A DNA stretch of 64,000 bases from the human T2T-CHM13v2.0 reference genome, Homo sapiens: the NCBI RefSeq assembly GCF_009914755.1, contig NC_060938.1; one strand, 5' to 3'. Numbering within the stretch: the first letter of the stretch is position 1; every line of letters starts with the position of its first letter. Positions 30,051 through 44,667 of this stretch are shown one piece after another. A model generated the notes under the pieces. The model searched no databases and was not told the origin of the DNA. It saw nothing but the letters and a program-made list of their open reading frames with translations. Position numbers and translations under genes: made by a program.

Positions 30051-31709
30051 AATTGTTATAGATGATTTCATAGGAAAACTGAAATAATCTGTGGTTATTT
30101 TTCTGCATATGTAAAATTAAGGGTCTTTATACTTACTTATTTTAGTTTTTGATGAAGACACATTACAGTTATTTTCATAATTAATGTTAAAGAGAAATAG
30201 TTCTAAACCTAGGAATTAAAACTTGGACATTGGCCTTGGCTCTGGCATTAACTAATTATATCACCTTTTACAGGTTGCTTAACTTCTGCAGGCTTTACTC
30301 CTTTATGCAGGTGAGAAGTATAGGGCCTGATGCTTGCTTCTGTGCCTTTGACACTAACAGCCTTAGATTTCCCAAGATTTGCCTTTACACAGTGTAATGC
30401 AGTGCTCTATCCCCTACATTGGCTGGCTGGTTGAGTCTATTAGAGGCTGAGGTTTGAAAGGCTGGGGTCATAGGCTTGATTCCACAATGGCCTAGTTAGT
30501 TGTGTTTCAAGGTTGTTTCAAGTCATCTCTCTGACCTCAGCCATATGTTCTGTGAGCACAAAGAAGGACACTTTCACAAATATGGGGTATTCAACCATGC
30601 CATCATGACTACTACAAGGGGACAAAAAGATGAAGGGGTCACCTACGCTGAAGGTCAATCAAATTGCCCAGGTGTGAAAAGAACAGTATCATCTTCCAGG
30701 GATCCTTTACCATGGTGGTCACCTCCTGCTAATTACTGCCTGTTTTATAACAATTTGCTAAAATAAGTCATATGGAAATTTGATTAAATTTTAGGATCTT
30801 AAATTGCCTTAAAATAATTCTTTCATTAATGGCAAGGTACTTGTTGGAAGAAACAAAACACATCAGAAACAAGATTTATGACCACTTAAGAAATCTGTTA
30901 AAATTTTTTTTTTTAATGGACTCCAGCTCTTGGTGCTATTTGCATGCTATTGGAATGCAGAGATGGTGAATCAGAGCCTAAATCCGGGCTCCGAGCAGAT
31001 CGAGGTGGGAGAGCTTTTAACTAGAATTAGAACCTTCTCTTCTAAGAGACTTTCTGCAGGCAGGAAGTCATTTGCCCAGGGTATTGGTTCTCCTGCTGTG
31101 GTGTTGGTGAGAGTCCTTTAGGGCTCTGCAAGAGGGACCTTAACTTGTGTAGTTAATGAGCCAAAGGCCTTCTGCCTGACAATGTTTTCTGAAGATCTAT
31201 CTTCCTCTGAATGCAGCAGTTTTCCTCTCTTTAATAAGGATGATCTGATTTACAAAACAACAAAAAAACAGTAAATCAAGACCAAAAGGTAAGACACTCT
31301 GCCCTCAGGATTAATGAACCCAAAGGCTGGTGTCCATACAGATCCTTCTGATCCTAATATCCTACAGTAGAAGATAGAGCAGCCTCCATGTTTGGGACAA
31401 TATTTTTATTATGTGTTAACATCAAATCTGTAGAAGCTCCAAGCTCTGAAAAGATTATACCCACTCCTTGTCATGTAATTTAAAATAATAGAAGAATTTT
31501 CTAAACCAAAAAGTTAAAAGTTAAACAAGATAAACAGTTATGACTTTCTGATTATTTTGATAATTTTTTTGTAATGCCACATATCAAATTACTTAAATAA
31601 TTACTTTCATTATTGTCCTCTTCCCCTTTTGTGCCCCTGCATTGCTGGTACAGTGCTGGTGGTTGTTTTCACCTGTTCCTTGTGTGACAGCACTTCCCAC
31701 CCCCAGAGA

Positions 31710-31900
31710 GGTATTTTTTCAAATGTGGTTCTGGGGGTCCCTTGAGTTAGATCATGTGCAGGGCATAGTAAATGAACATTCCAGGGGACCTCAGGTTCAT
31801 TTCAGATCGAACTCATCAGAATCTCTGGAGTTGAAGTTAGCTGATTAATGAGCTCCCCAGGTGATGGATGTACAAAAATAAAGCTTATGAAGCACACTTA
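31710..31900. mobile_element. MER5-family hAT MITE
   Basis: TTTCAAATGTGGTTC...TCAGAATCTCTGGAG...AGCTCCCCAGGTGAT. Confidence 0.6.
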
Positions 31901-32065
31901 GAATGTTCTAGTGCAGATACTCTATGGCTCTTATAATCACTGAGGAGCATCTTCAAAAACAGGACCACTCATAGTTTCTGCTGATTCATATGTACTGGGA
32001 GAGACCTCTGGGATGTCTAGATGAGAAAAGCTCCATTGCAATTTTATTGAGAATCATACACTAGA

Positions 32066-32372
32066 CCAGTAGAGTTCAACAAAAACATAATGTCAATCGC
32101 ACCTATATTGTACAGTTTTCTGGTAAATACATTTAAAAAGTGAAGTGCAACAAGTAAAATTACTTTTTAAAATATTTTAACTTTAAACCAATATAACATC
32201 ATTTCTCATATAATCAATATAAAATCATGGAGATGCATTACATTCTTTTTTCATATTAGGTCTTTGAAACTAGTGCGTAGTTTACAGTTGCAGCACATTT
32301 CAGGTTGAGGTAGCTGCGTTTCAAGTGCTCAGTAGCCACATGTGAGTGGTTACTGAATTGCATAGCGTATCC
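32066..32372. mobile_element. MER33/MER3-type hAT-Charlie element
   Basis: TTTCAAGTGCTCAGTAGCCACATGTG terminus and TTGCAGCACATTTCA; about 300 bp. Confidence 0.75.
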
Positions 32373-32779
32373 CTAGACAGTCTTTCACCTAATCTGGAAG
32401 TGCTGGAACTGGGGTGTTTCAAAAAAGCTATTTTATCTGTGATCTCAGTCACCTTTGATTCCTAAATATACTTACATAATTAAAAAAAACTTACAATCCT
32501 TTTCTTTTCCTTTTCCATTGCTCCCGTCTTAGTTTAGGCTGTGCTTACCCTACACCATCACTTCATTCTATGCAACCTGAGAACTTCCCCCTACCTCTAC
32601 GTTGTCTTCAATTCATCTTGACTTATAAATTTTCCATTGTTCTTACAACATAATTTTCATCATAACACACTCTTCTGGACCTTAACATTTTTAGGCTATA
32701 AACACAGAATTGCAAGTTGGAAAGAAGTTTAACACTTGTTAATGTTAACTATTATTGATATAATCTACTTTTACAAAGT

Positions 32780-32950
32780 AGATTCACATATTGCATGTAC
32801 TTTGTCCAATCACCCTCTGATGCAGTTACTATTATGCTCATTTTACAGATGATAGAAGGCTTATAATGACAACCCTAGGATAACAAAGGCAGTAAAGAAC
32901 AGAGCTGGTCTTAAATTCAGGTGTTTGATGCCACATTCTAAGCTCCTCTG
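32780..32950 (-). mobile_element. MIR SINE
   Basis: ACTATTATGCTCATTTTACAGATGA, an antisense MIR core. Confidence 0.65.
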
Positions 32951-33485
32951 TTGCATTGCCTAATTCTGCATTCCACAACATAGAGCGGAAAACCTTTGAT
33001 TGTTCATCCCTAACAGATCGGCTGTTGACAAACTTCTAGTAATGGAGGGTCACCACATTTAGAAGCGGCCAATTTCTTTGTTGAAAGCTGATTTTTAGAG
33101 AGCTATGTGTCATTCAAAGTTCCAACCTTGCAGCTGGATTCTCAACATCCTCCATAATCTGGCACTAATCTTCTTTATCAACATTCCCACTTCTCTCCAA
33201 CCATAAGGTATATTCCACATTGTGATCCACATTCTGTCATTTCCCTGGCCATCCCATTCACATTGACTGTCTTCTTACTTCCTCTTAGTGCAGAATGGCA
33301 TCCATCCTCCAAAGGCCAGCTGTGAGCCCTCCCTGTTTGCAGGAGAGCCTCCTTCTCTTGAATCTGGTACCATGCTACCATCTCCCTGTCACTGCTTACA
33401 GAAGGTCTTGGATTCATTTTATTTTTATTCCATTCTTGTAGTAGAGGACTAAATTCTTGCAAGTGTTGATGATAGAAATCCCCTT

Positions 33486-33815
33486 TGATAAGGTTTGGCT
33501 CTGTCACTCCACCCAAATCTCATCCTGAATTGTGGGAGGGACCTGGGGAGAGATAATTTGAACCACGGGGGCAGTTTCCCCATTACTGTTCTCATGGTAG
33601 TGAATAAGTCTCATGAGATCTAATGGTTGTATCAGGGGTTTCTGCTTTTGCATCTTCTTCATTTTTTCTTGCTGCTGCCATGTAAGAAGTGCCTTTCACC
33701 TCCCACGTGATTCTGAGGCCTCCCCAGCCATGTGAAACTGTAAATCCAATTGAAATTCTTTTTCTTCCCAGTCTCGGGTATGTCTTTATCAGCAGCATGA
33801 AAATGGACTAATAAA
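33486..33815 (+). mobile_element. THE1C solo LTR
   Basis: TGATAAGGTTTGGCTCTGTC...ATGGACTAATAAA. TSD CCCTT at 33481-33485 and 33816-33820. Confidence 0.93.
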
Positions 33816-35854
33816 CCCTTCAAGTACACCTAGAGACTGAGACCTTGGATAAAATCTTCACGAGCTAGTGATATCCCTTTACTGCCAGATATTCTCATGG
33901 TGTCTACATTTGTCCTTGAAAGCCTACTCAAAATTTCTTAAATCACTGTTCTGAAGATGAACAGTTGGTTTCCATGAGCCTGAAGGGAGTTGTGAATGGT
34001 GAAGGTGTCTGAGGAGACTGGGACCTGAGTTAGCTTTGGGTGTTACATAACTAACTGCACAGATCAGTCAATGTACACCATGACAAGTGTGTGACACAAT
34101 GCAGCCTGCTGAATGGCTGTCACAGGGCCACCAAACTGGGTTTGGTGAGATCAGTGAGCTCCAGGAATGGTTCTCTGGAGGAAATTGTCCAGCGCAGCAG
34201 TTAGAAACGGTTTGCCCTGGCTCTTCAGGAAAAGTGCAGAAACCATGAGGTTTATGATACCTGAGCAGACAACTGGTTCACTCAACACACAGTGCCTCTG
34301 GAGATAGTCAAGGAGAGTGGGGATCACGAAAAGAGAAGTTCCAAAGTGGGGAAAATCCCCAAAACATTGAGAGGCCATTTTTTTGTAGCTATTTTATCTT
34401 CCACTGCATGTAATTACACTATATTAAACTAATAACCCTTTACTCTGCACTGACCATAAGAGGGCATTATGGGACATACCAAAAAAGAATGTTATGTACT
34501 TGCCCTCACCCCAGGAGACTTATGGAATAAATAGTTGCACACACAGAGAAATCTGAACACTGCTGGAGGGATGGCATGAGGAGGGAAGTGGACAGCCAGT
34601 GGTGTTTGGAACAGTTCAGAGTAAGGTGGTTGGTCAGGAATTTGTAGATGTGGAAACTGAATTTTAGATATATTCATGGAGGATTTATTTACCTTCTAAG
34701 TGACTCATTTGAGCTTTGAAGGAGAATCTTTAAGAGAAGGTGACAGGAATGGCAAGTTTAGTGGGCTTACTCTGAGGATAATGGAAGAAAAAGCATTAAT
34801 GCTATGGCTTGAACGCCCTTTACTTGGCTTGTCTGCCTTATGGAGCAAGAGTAAAGGGGGACTGTAGACTCCTCCTGGGGTCTTTGTCTAAATCACAAAT
34901 GCTGGAGCTCATTCTTCAAGGTGAAGAAATCTACCCTCTCTGGAAGTCTCCTTTAAGATAGAGTGTTATTACATCTCATGATACCATAGGGCACAATTCC
35001 ATCTACTGGCATTCTACAATTGCTCTTCCTATTGATAGCCTTCATCCATTCCATTATTTTAAATCTTTACTTCAATCTACTGCTCAATTCTTAAGAGCTC
35101 CTGAAAGATGGCACCCTGTGGGTGATTGGGGTGCAGAATCTTGAATGGTGGGGGAAAGGCAAGGCATTGTTGGTGCCTTGTATCCACAAATCCCCTACCT
35201 CACAAACTCACAAACTTCAAGGTTTCTTAGGTTTCTAGGGAGCAGCACTTGTATCTCCAACTTGACAGATCATTGGTGGCCCTAGATAAACTTTGTGAAC
35301 TAGAAACTACTCCTCGTGTATGACCTATTCTGAAAATCCTAAGCCAGAGGTCATCCCCTTTACCTTAGCCTATCAGATGCCCCTCTGGAAAAAACATGAT
35401 TGCTCCTCTAAACTCCATTACACTTTATGAGGAATCACTGTTGTGAGCAAGACCACTTAGATTCTCATGGTGATACTTACCTTATTTCCTCTTAGTCCAT
35501 GCTGGTCACACCTGGAAGGCAAGTTCTCCTCTAATTTTTTTTCTCCCTTGTAGTGCCTGGCACAAGTTCTTTGCATGCGGGGGGAGTTGCAGTGAAGTTG
35601 CAAGGGCCATGGTAAAGTGGTTAGGAGATGAGTTTTAATCTTGTCTCTGGTACCACACCTCAGGTAGAAATATACTATGTATCAATCTGTGCATTTGCAT
35701 CTGTATCTCTCTACTAGTGAAATGAGTTGCTACTATTCATTTCAGCTGTGAAATTCTGTAACTCTGTGGCTACTTTCATACCGTTCAAATGCGATGTTAT
35801 ATGCTGGTAACATGAAAATAATGGATGAGCAGTTCAACTATATTAAAAATAAAC

Positions 35855-36115
35855 GTGGTTAAGAGTGCTCACCTTAAGTGTAGGATTTGAAAGTGTAGGC
35901 TCTAAAGTCAGACTGGGTTCGGAACCTGGTATCATTACTGACTTGGTGTGTAGCTTCTCTATTTCTCAGTCTATTTAACCTTTCTCATCCAGAAAATAGT
36001 GATAATAATGCTGTTTATCTCATAGAGTTGTCGTGAGAATTAAGTGAGTTAATTTGGGTACAGTGTTTTTAACAGTCAGGCACATGGTGTGTCCAACAAA
36101 TGTTGGCTATTAGAA
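35855..36115 (+). mobile_element. MIR SINE
   Basis: GTGGTTAAGAG...CAGACTGGGTTCG...TCATAGAGTTGTCGTGAGAATTAAGTGAG. Confidence 0.8.
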
Positions 36116-36410
36116 TTGTGATGGTTTCTCCTATAGTTCGAGATTTTAGTCTCTGCAAAGTAAAAGACTTAGAGGGGGGAAGCTGCCCCTTTCAGATGTG
36201 GTGTGGCATTTATTTCCAAGTGCACGTGTGAGTCTTCTGTCTTGGTAACTCTCCAGTGTGGTCATTAGTGTTTTCCAGTTGGTTAGTGTGTCTCTTCTCT
36301 TCCAATAGCAAGATAGGTGTTTCAAATTCCTAGGGCTTCTATCAGCACACATGAGGGGGCTTCTGTCCCTTGGTGAGCACTGGCTTGTTTATAAGCCTAC
36401 AAACAGCACT

Positions 36411-36870
36411 GTGTGCTCAATATTCTGTCTGCACCTCTAGATTTACCTCCATTCTTCACCCTGATTTTTGCCCCCAGCAGGCTGACCTCTAAGGATCCCC
36501 TGGCTCCTGTGCCTTCTATATTCTGGTTGGAGTCAAAGGGAGTTGCAGGGAGGCAATCAGAGAGCAGGAGGAGAGAGATGCTATGGGATTATCTCCTCCA
36601 CCCCAACACATTCCTTTTCTTCTGGGCTGCAGTCTGGCAGCGGCTGCATTCCTCTACTAAATGCCACAACTCCTTTCAAGTGGCTCCTGTCTGACAACTT
36701 CCTGCTGGGTTCCAGTGGCTGCTCTTTCTCTTGCCCCTTCAGATCTGAAGGACTCCTCTGTTTTCTAGTTCTAGGTACTGCCACTTACCTGTTCCCTTAT
36801 CTCTTGCCACACCTCGGTAGTCCCTTTATTGAAAGTTCTTCAGCTATCCTCTTTGAGCACACTGTTTCCT
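36411..36870 (+). mobile_element. ERVL solo LTR (LTR33-like)
   Basis: TGTGCTCAATATTCTG...CCCCAGCAGGCTGACCTCTA...TTTGAGCACACTGTTTCCT. Confidence 0.55.
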
Positions 36871-39800
36871 AGCTGGTACATATTGACCTTGAGAAGGTTG
36901 ATGCTTCCTCACCTACTTACTGTTGGGAAGAAAATGGAATATTTTAACTGCTCCTGCAATGTCAATACAGAATCGGCCCTTTCAAAGTCCAGTGCCATAG
37001 GATATGAAGAGCATTGCTAGAACAGCGGGACATGAATGTTCTACGTGGCTAAATACAATGATCTCCAGTATAAAAACCCAAATGGTCAAAGATGAACTCA
37101 AAGGATTGGAGTGAACACAGGTTTTATTATTACTCTTAGAACACTCTGGGTTATAAAAGAACTTACATTCTTTAACATAATTCTGTTGTTTTGATACTAA
37201 CGTTTAGTGCCCATTGGATGGCAGTGCCAGGAATAAAATGTCTGAATTAAGCTAGTGGGGGTGATTGAGTTTATGGCCAGGAGCTACATTGGAGAGAGAG
37301 CCATGTCAGTAGCCTAACACTGGCAAGACAGTGACCCAAGTACTCTAGACTTGGATGTTTTTGATAGGTTCTTTGGAAAAACCTCTTCTAGGTCGTTAAG
37401 AAAGTTTGAAAGGCTTTAGTGGTTTAATTAGATAAAATGTAGCAGAAGGCAATATAACATAGGCACCCATAGAAAGGAGGGCAATGGTTTATAAGAGCTT
37501 GACTCTGGCTCACATCTGAGAGACAAGAAAACATAAATCCTTCAGTCAGATCCTTTTATGGGACCCACTTTCCTCATAGATTAGTTTATGTAAAAACTCC
37601 AGTAAAGAATAGCACAGAGACCTCTGTTTGTATGTTTGATGATTTTACTGTTAGGGTTTTATTACTTGGTTCATGTGCCCGAGGAAGTGAACGGGTCCAT
37701 GAAGGATATATTTGTGAGGTTAAAGCCACATGTAGTTTATTTAACTTTTGCAGTTTTCCAATTTGGGTCTATATTTCAACCCCGAATTTTCTAATTTGGG
37801 GTCTACATTTCAATCAAAAAGATTAAATTTCTTTTCCTCTGTGTTTGTGGATCTCTCTGGGCGCCACCCTTAAAATTAGCATCATGGTTCCCATGGCAAC
37901 TAACGTACCTGGAAGATGGCAAGAAAGGAAAAGGACTAAATAAAATAGAATGAAGCTGCATCTGAAAAACTGGAATTAATTATGAACTTGAACAAAGGGT
38001 TATACTGCAAGTGGTTGGGGAGATGAGTATTAAGCATATAAGGTCTTTGCTTTAAGACCTCTGTAATTCACTTACCATTTCATTACTTTGTTTATTCAGC
38101 AGCCCCCAAATCACTGCTAGTTTTCTTTTCCCTCTCACCTTCAATAGAGAACATCATTGGGGTCAGGACTGTGCATAGTTCAGGACGAGTTTACCTCTAC
38201 AGGGTGCATTTTGTAAGATGTCCCCAAAGTCATATGGACCCTTGGTTATTGTCTTCGTCTGCACAGACTGCTGTAACAGCATTCCATTGACTGAGTGGCT
38301 TAAACAGCAGAAACTGATTTCTCTCAATTATGGAGGCTGGGAAATTAAGGAGCAAGGTGCTGGCTGATTTGTTTCCTGGTGAGGGCCCTCTTCCTGGCTT
38401 GTTGATGGCCGCCTTCTTGCTGTGTCTTCTCATGGTGGAGCAACAGATCTCCTGTCTCCTCTTATTTTTATAAGTATATGAATTCTATCACGCAGGATCT
38501 ACCCTCATGACCTAATCTAATCCTAATTACTTTCCAAAGGTCCTGTCTCCAAATACCACCATAATGGGGATTAAGACTTCAACCTATGGAGGGACACAAA
38601 TGTTCAGTCCATTGCATTCTGTTCCTAGACCTCTATAATTTATGTCCTTCTCATTTGCAAAATACATTTGTTCCATTCAAACAGCCCAAAAGTCTTAATT
38701 CATTCCAGCATTAATTCTAAAATCCAGAGTCTTATCTAAATATCATCTAAATCATATATGGAAGAGACTTGAGGTATGATTAATTCTGAGGCAAAATTCC
38801 TCTCCATCCTCTGAAATCAGACAAATTATGTGTTTTCAAAATGCAGTGGTTGGACAGGCATGAGATAGACATTTCCATTCCAAATGGGAGGAATACAGAG
38901 GAAGAAAGGGGTGACAGGTCTGAAGCAAGTCCTAAATCTAGCAAGGCAAACTCCATGAGGTTTTAAAGCTTTAGAATAAAATATTTGGTCCAGTTCTCTG
39001 CCCTTTAGACCCACTGGGGATGAAAATGGACTCTCTCCTTGAATGAATTTGAATCAGGCTCCTCTGAGTCTTCTTTCTGACTAAGCCCTGGCTTTGGGCC
39101 CTGGCCTTGGGCCACTTAGTTCAGTTTAACTAAGAACCCTGATGAGTCAGTCCAGTGCAAATCTCTCACCTTTGCTATCTTACCACTTTTCCCTGACTTC
39201 AGTAAGAGTCCTGTTAGGTAGCTTAGCCAGAATCCCCCCCATAGCCTTGATGTTTCCTCTTAGAAATCCACCGACATCCCCACCATCAAACCTGCTCCTT
39301 GGCTATAAATCCCTACTTGTTCTTGTTGTATACAGAATTGAGCCTGATCTCTCTCCCTGTCAAGCCCCCGATCTCTCTCTACTGTCAAGCCCCATAGCAG
39401 TGATCTCTTTTGAATAGAGTCTTTAACAAGTCATTAACAGGTGTCTAATTTTTTTTTCTTTAACAGTTATGGCTTCCACAACTCAGGATCAGATTCATTG
39501 GTGAGTCTAGATTATGAGCTAGTGCTCTGAATGGCGGTCCACTGATGCATGGTAGGGGCAGTTTCATTCTTATAATTAAAGGTACTTCCTGGGCTGAAAG
39601 TTCTTCCTGGCTCCTTATTTTGAGTGGGGTTCACTCCCTGACTTTTGGACTGAAAATTTTTGTCCTGGATCCTTGTGTGGCTTCTCTGTTCTATTTGATC
39701 CGACTTCTTTCATGGGAACTTCTCAGTTACCAAAACTTCCCTTCTTGAACTCGGTGTCAAATTTGGAACTTTGATAGCATCTTTGGGAAACATCTCCCCA

Positions 39801-42485
39801 AACTGGCTCCTCTAAGACCTTTCCCTTCCCATCACCTTCACTCCTCCTTTCTCCTTTTACCATGTTTTGTCTTCCCTTCAGCTCCTTTGTGTCTTTGGAT
39901 AGTGTTCTTTCAAGCCCCTATATCCTCCACCCCTCTGCTTGCTTCTGCCAGGGCTTTCCCTTCCCAGTTCAGCTTCTCAGCTCCCTGTAGTCCCTGAAAT
40001 TTTAGCCCCCTGACCCACTGTGGGACTCTCAAGGAACTCAGACCCCCAAAAGCAACTACCTGAGGCTGAAAAGAAAAAAAGCTAATTAGAAACAGATGGA
40101 TAAGGCTTTGAATACACCCAGACAGCTTTGATGTCCCCTCAGTGTCTTGTCTAAAATGTAGTTTATTACCTCGATAAGATTACAGATCATAGCAAAAGGA
40201 AATCTTAAAAGTCTTCATAAATATTGGTAAAAGCACTCACCCTCATACTAAGCAGGTAACCTTAAGTTGTTTCATCTGTTACAAACACAATTTGGATAAA
40301 AGTATAAAATGGAGCAAAAAGTGAAAAACAACTCATGTAAACTGTTGAGTTTTTGTTTTTATGTCTGACTCAGGGCTAAAATTTTGAAATAAAACCACAG
40401 ATCTCAATTTGCATCTTGTCTCTGTGTGTATATGTGTGTATATTATCATGTATATTTCCCTGCTTCTACATACTATTACCAAGTTTATAAAATCCCTTAA
40501 AGTAGTTCTGCTCTAATTGGCTTAGAAAGAAATAAGTGCTCATATGACTTGTCTTCCCAAACTCCCAGAAATGCAGCAACCAACTAAAATGTATTTCAAA
40601 TTCACATGGGTTGGGTAAATATTTCCTAAAAAAGGGGCTAGTTTAATAGTATTGGTTTAATATAAACAGCTGTATATTCTGAGTTAGCATTAAATATAAT
40701 ATGAACATATATTATTATTTACTTGGGTTTACTAGTCATATGAGGTTAAAAATTACTTAGCAGGGAAATAACTGGAGATGATAGCCAGCCCTGTTCAATG
40801 TTATGTGTCTATCTAAAAATACATTTCCAAAAATCTTTTTGGTGACTCAAATCCTTTAGTTATGCTAAGTTAGATATTAAGAGTCTATATCGTTTCTAAA
40901 CAAATGTACTTTCGAAACAAAAGTACTAAAACATACTTTGCTAAGTACAAGTTTACGTTTGTCTTCTTATTTACATATGATATACACAGAGAGAGACTAA
41001 TTATATTTGAGCTTGTTAATAAACACGTTCTTTTTGCCACCTTGAGAATTTGTATTATGAAACAGCATATGCCTATAAAATGGTGAGGTGGTATATTCAT
41101 AAAATTTGCTAGTCTTTCAGAGGACACTGTCGTGTGACAGGTAGTTTACAATCATCTACTCCTAGTTTCTCTATTTAAAAGTTTACTAATGGTTTAAAAT
41201 TATAATCCAAATATGGGAATAAGGCTACTAAAATCATAAGAGAAACAACTCTGCATGCAAAATCTACAAGAAAAGTAGGATATATTTTTGATAAAACTAT
41301 ACAAGGTATAAAGGATGTATTTTTGTTAAGGAAAAAAGAGTAATTTTATTGTGAAGTAGAATGGCTGGTTATTCTAGAATGAGAGAGGGAAATGTGTGGA
41401 AAAAACCTCTAAACCAGAATGAATACAGAAAGTCGTAGAAGGTTCGCAGAGAAGTAATTTTATGTGTAGTTGAGCTAGCTAAGGGTAAATGCTTTTATTT
41501 TATAAATGGTTTTTAAAAAATGAACTCAATATCAAAAGTACACTGATATAAAACTAGAATTTTGGTGTCTTTCTGTCAAAAATGACAACATTCTCATGCA
41601 GTATTGACCTGCTGTTAATGAGAAATTGCAAAAAGGGTTTACCTTATCTTTCAAGTGATCTGCCTAGGAAACAAAGATTCTGTGTTTTATCAGAATATTT
41701 TCTTGTGATTTATGTTCACCTTTATCATGTCCTCGATTATTTAAGAGAACTGAGACGTTTCACTTCTAAAAGAGCTAAGTTTTTATATATTTTTGGCAAT
41801 TGTGGGCTCTGAAATAAAATCCTAAATGAAATATTATTTTCAAACTGATCTTGAGGTTTTCCAGAGGCCCCCTGGAAAATCTCAAAAGATTTGTTCTTTC
41901 ACTTTGTAGAAAAAGACATGTTAAAGATAATTTCATTAGTTGATACACCGAATTTCATGTAAAGCATTGTCATATAAGAAAAGATGATAATCTTTCCTAA
42001 ATTATGTTTGTATGGGTAAATATTATTATAAATATTTCAGAAATTTTATGAAATTTCTAAACCTTTGTCAATGTCCTTACTTCCCATGATATGTCCTAAT
42101 ATGTTATTCGTTGTAATTTCACTTATTTTAAAATGTTATATACCACAGAAACAAATTCCCTTGTCAATGGTGCCATTTTAATAACCTGATTGGATTTTTA
42201 AAAAGCAGTTTTAGGTTTACAGCCACATGAAAGGAAGTACAGGTATCTCTCACATGCTCCCTACTCCCACACATGCATCTCCTGTCCCATTACCAACATC
42301 CCCCAGCAGAGTGGTGCATTTGTTACAGTTGAACCTACATTGACAAATCATAATCACCTAAAGTCCATCACATTAGGGTCCACTGTTGATGTGTGTTCTA
42401 AGGGTTTGGACAAAATGTATACTGACATATTCACCATTATAGTATTGTAGGGAGTAGTTTTACTGCTCTAAAAATTCTGTGTTCT

Positions 42486-42800
42486 CAGGAATAGAAAACC
42501 AAACACCACATGTTCTCACTCGTAAGTGGGAGTTGAACAATGAGAACACGTGGACACAGGAAAGGGAACATCACACACCAGGGCCTGTTGGCCGGGGAGC
42601 AGTGGGGGGAAGGGGAGGGAGAGCATTAGGACAAATACCTAATGCATATGGGGCTTAAAACCTTAGATGACAGGTTGATCAGTGAAGCAAACCACTATGG
42701 CACATGTATACCTATGTAACCTGCACATTCTGCACATGTATCCCAGAAGTTAAAATTAAAAAAAAAAAAACTGCATTGCTAACCTCCCCCCATAAAAAGT
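42486..42800 (+). mobile_element. Short L1PA7/8-like 3' end nested in L1MC
   Basis: L1 3'UTR plus A13 tail. TSD AAAT(T/C)CTGTGTTCT at 42472-42485 and 42801-42814. Confidence 0.9.
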
Positions 42801-44667
42801 AAATCCTGTGTTCTGCCCATTTATCACTTCCTACCCCCTAACCCCTGGCAACTTTTGATTTTTTTACTGTCTCTATAGTTTTGCCTTTTCCAGAATATAA
42901 TATGGTTGGAATTATACAGTATGCAGCCTTTTCAGAGTGGTTTCTTATGTTTAGTAATATGTGTTTAAATTTACTCCATGTTTTTTCATGATTTGATGTC
43001 TCATTTTCAGCACTGAGCAATATTCCATTTTCTGTGCATACCACAGTTTATGTATTCACCTATTGAAGCACATCTTGGTTGCTTCCAAGTTTTGTCAATT
43101 ATGAACAAAGCTGCTATAAAAATCCATGTGCAGCTTTTTGTATGGATATAAGTTTTTATTTCCTTTGGGTAAGTGCCAGGGAGCACAATTGCTGGATCAT
43201 ACAGTAAAGGTATGTTTAGTCTTGTGAGAAATTGGTACACAGTCTTCCAAAGTAGCCTTACCATTTTCCATTCTCACCAGTAATGTATGAGAATTCCTGT
43301 TGCTCCATACCATCAATAGCCTTTGGTGTTGTCAGTGTTGTGAATTTTGGTCATTCCAATAGATGTATTGTGGTATATCTTTATTTTAATTTGTATTTCT
43401 CTGACATGTGATATGGAACATCTTTTCATATGCTTATTTGCCATCTGCATATCCTCTTTGATGGGGTGTCAAGATCTCTGTTCTATTTTTTAATTGTCTT
43501 TTTTTTACTGTTGAGTTTTGAGTCCTTTTTTATATTTTGGGTAACAGTTATTTTTTAATCAGATGTGTCTTTTGCAAATGTTTTCTCCTCATCTATGGCT
43601 TATTTTGTTCTACTGATGTATTTTGTAGAGAAGTTTTTAATTTTAATAAAGTCCAGCTTATCAATGATTTTTTTCATAGATCATGCCTTTCATGTTATAT
43701 CTAAAAAGGCATTATGATACCCAAGGTCATCTAGGTTTTCCCCTGTGTTATCTTTGAATTTTATAGGTCTCCTGTTATATTTAGCTCCGTGATCCATTTT
43801 AAATTAATTATTATAAAGGGTATAATATCTGTGTCTAGATTCATATTTTTGTATGTAGATGTCCAGTTGCTTAGCACTACTTGTGGAAAAGACTATCTTT
43901 TCTGTACTGTATTACCCTTGCTCCTTTGTCAAAGATTAGTTGACTATGTTAATGTGGGTCTATTTCTGGGCTCTCTATTCTGTTCCACTGATACATTTTT
44001 CTATTATGTATCAGTCTGTTCTTTCACCAATAAATACCACACTGTCTTGATTACTATGGCTTTACAGTAAGTCTTGGAGTTGAGTATTGTCAGTCTTCCA
44101 ACTTTATTGTTTTCTTTCAATATTGTGTTGGCTATTCTGGGTCTTTTGCCTCCCCCATATTATCTTTAGAATCAGTTTGTCAATATTGTATCCACAAAAT
44201 AATTTTCTTGGATTTTGACTGGGATTGCATGGAATCTATAGATCATGTTGGAAAGTACTGACCTCTTGACAATATTAAGTTTTCCTACCCATAAACATGG
44301 AGTATCTCTTTTTATTTAGTTTGTTCTTGATTTCTTCAATCACTTCTGTAGTTTTCCTCATACAGATCTTGAACATATTTTGTTAGATTTATTCCTAAGT
44401 ATTTATTCCTAAGTATTTTTGTGAGCTGCTACTGTAAATGGTATTGTGTTTTTATATGAAAGTGATTTTTTTTGTATACTAATCTTTTATCCTGCAACTT
44501 TGCTATAATTGCTTATTCCAGAATTCTTTTGGATTTTCTACATAGATGATTATGTCATCTGCAAACAAAGATAGGCTTATGGCTTCCTCCCCTATCAGTA
44601 TTCCTTTTATTTTCTTGTCTTATTTCATTAGCGAAGACTTCCAATATGATGTTAAAAACTAGTGATG

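Noticed and set aside
34090-34124. TGTGACA...TGTCACA imperfect hairpin
   Set aside because: The 7-bp arms and mismatched interior are too short for a pre-miRNA and expected by chance.
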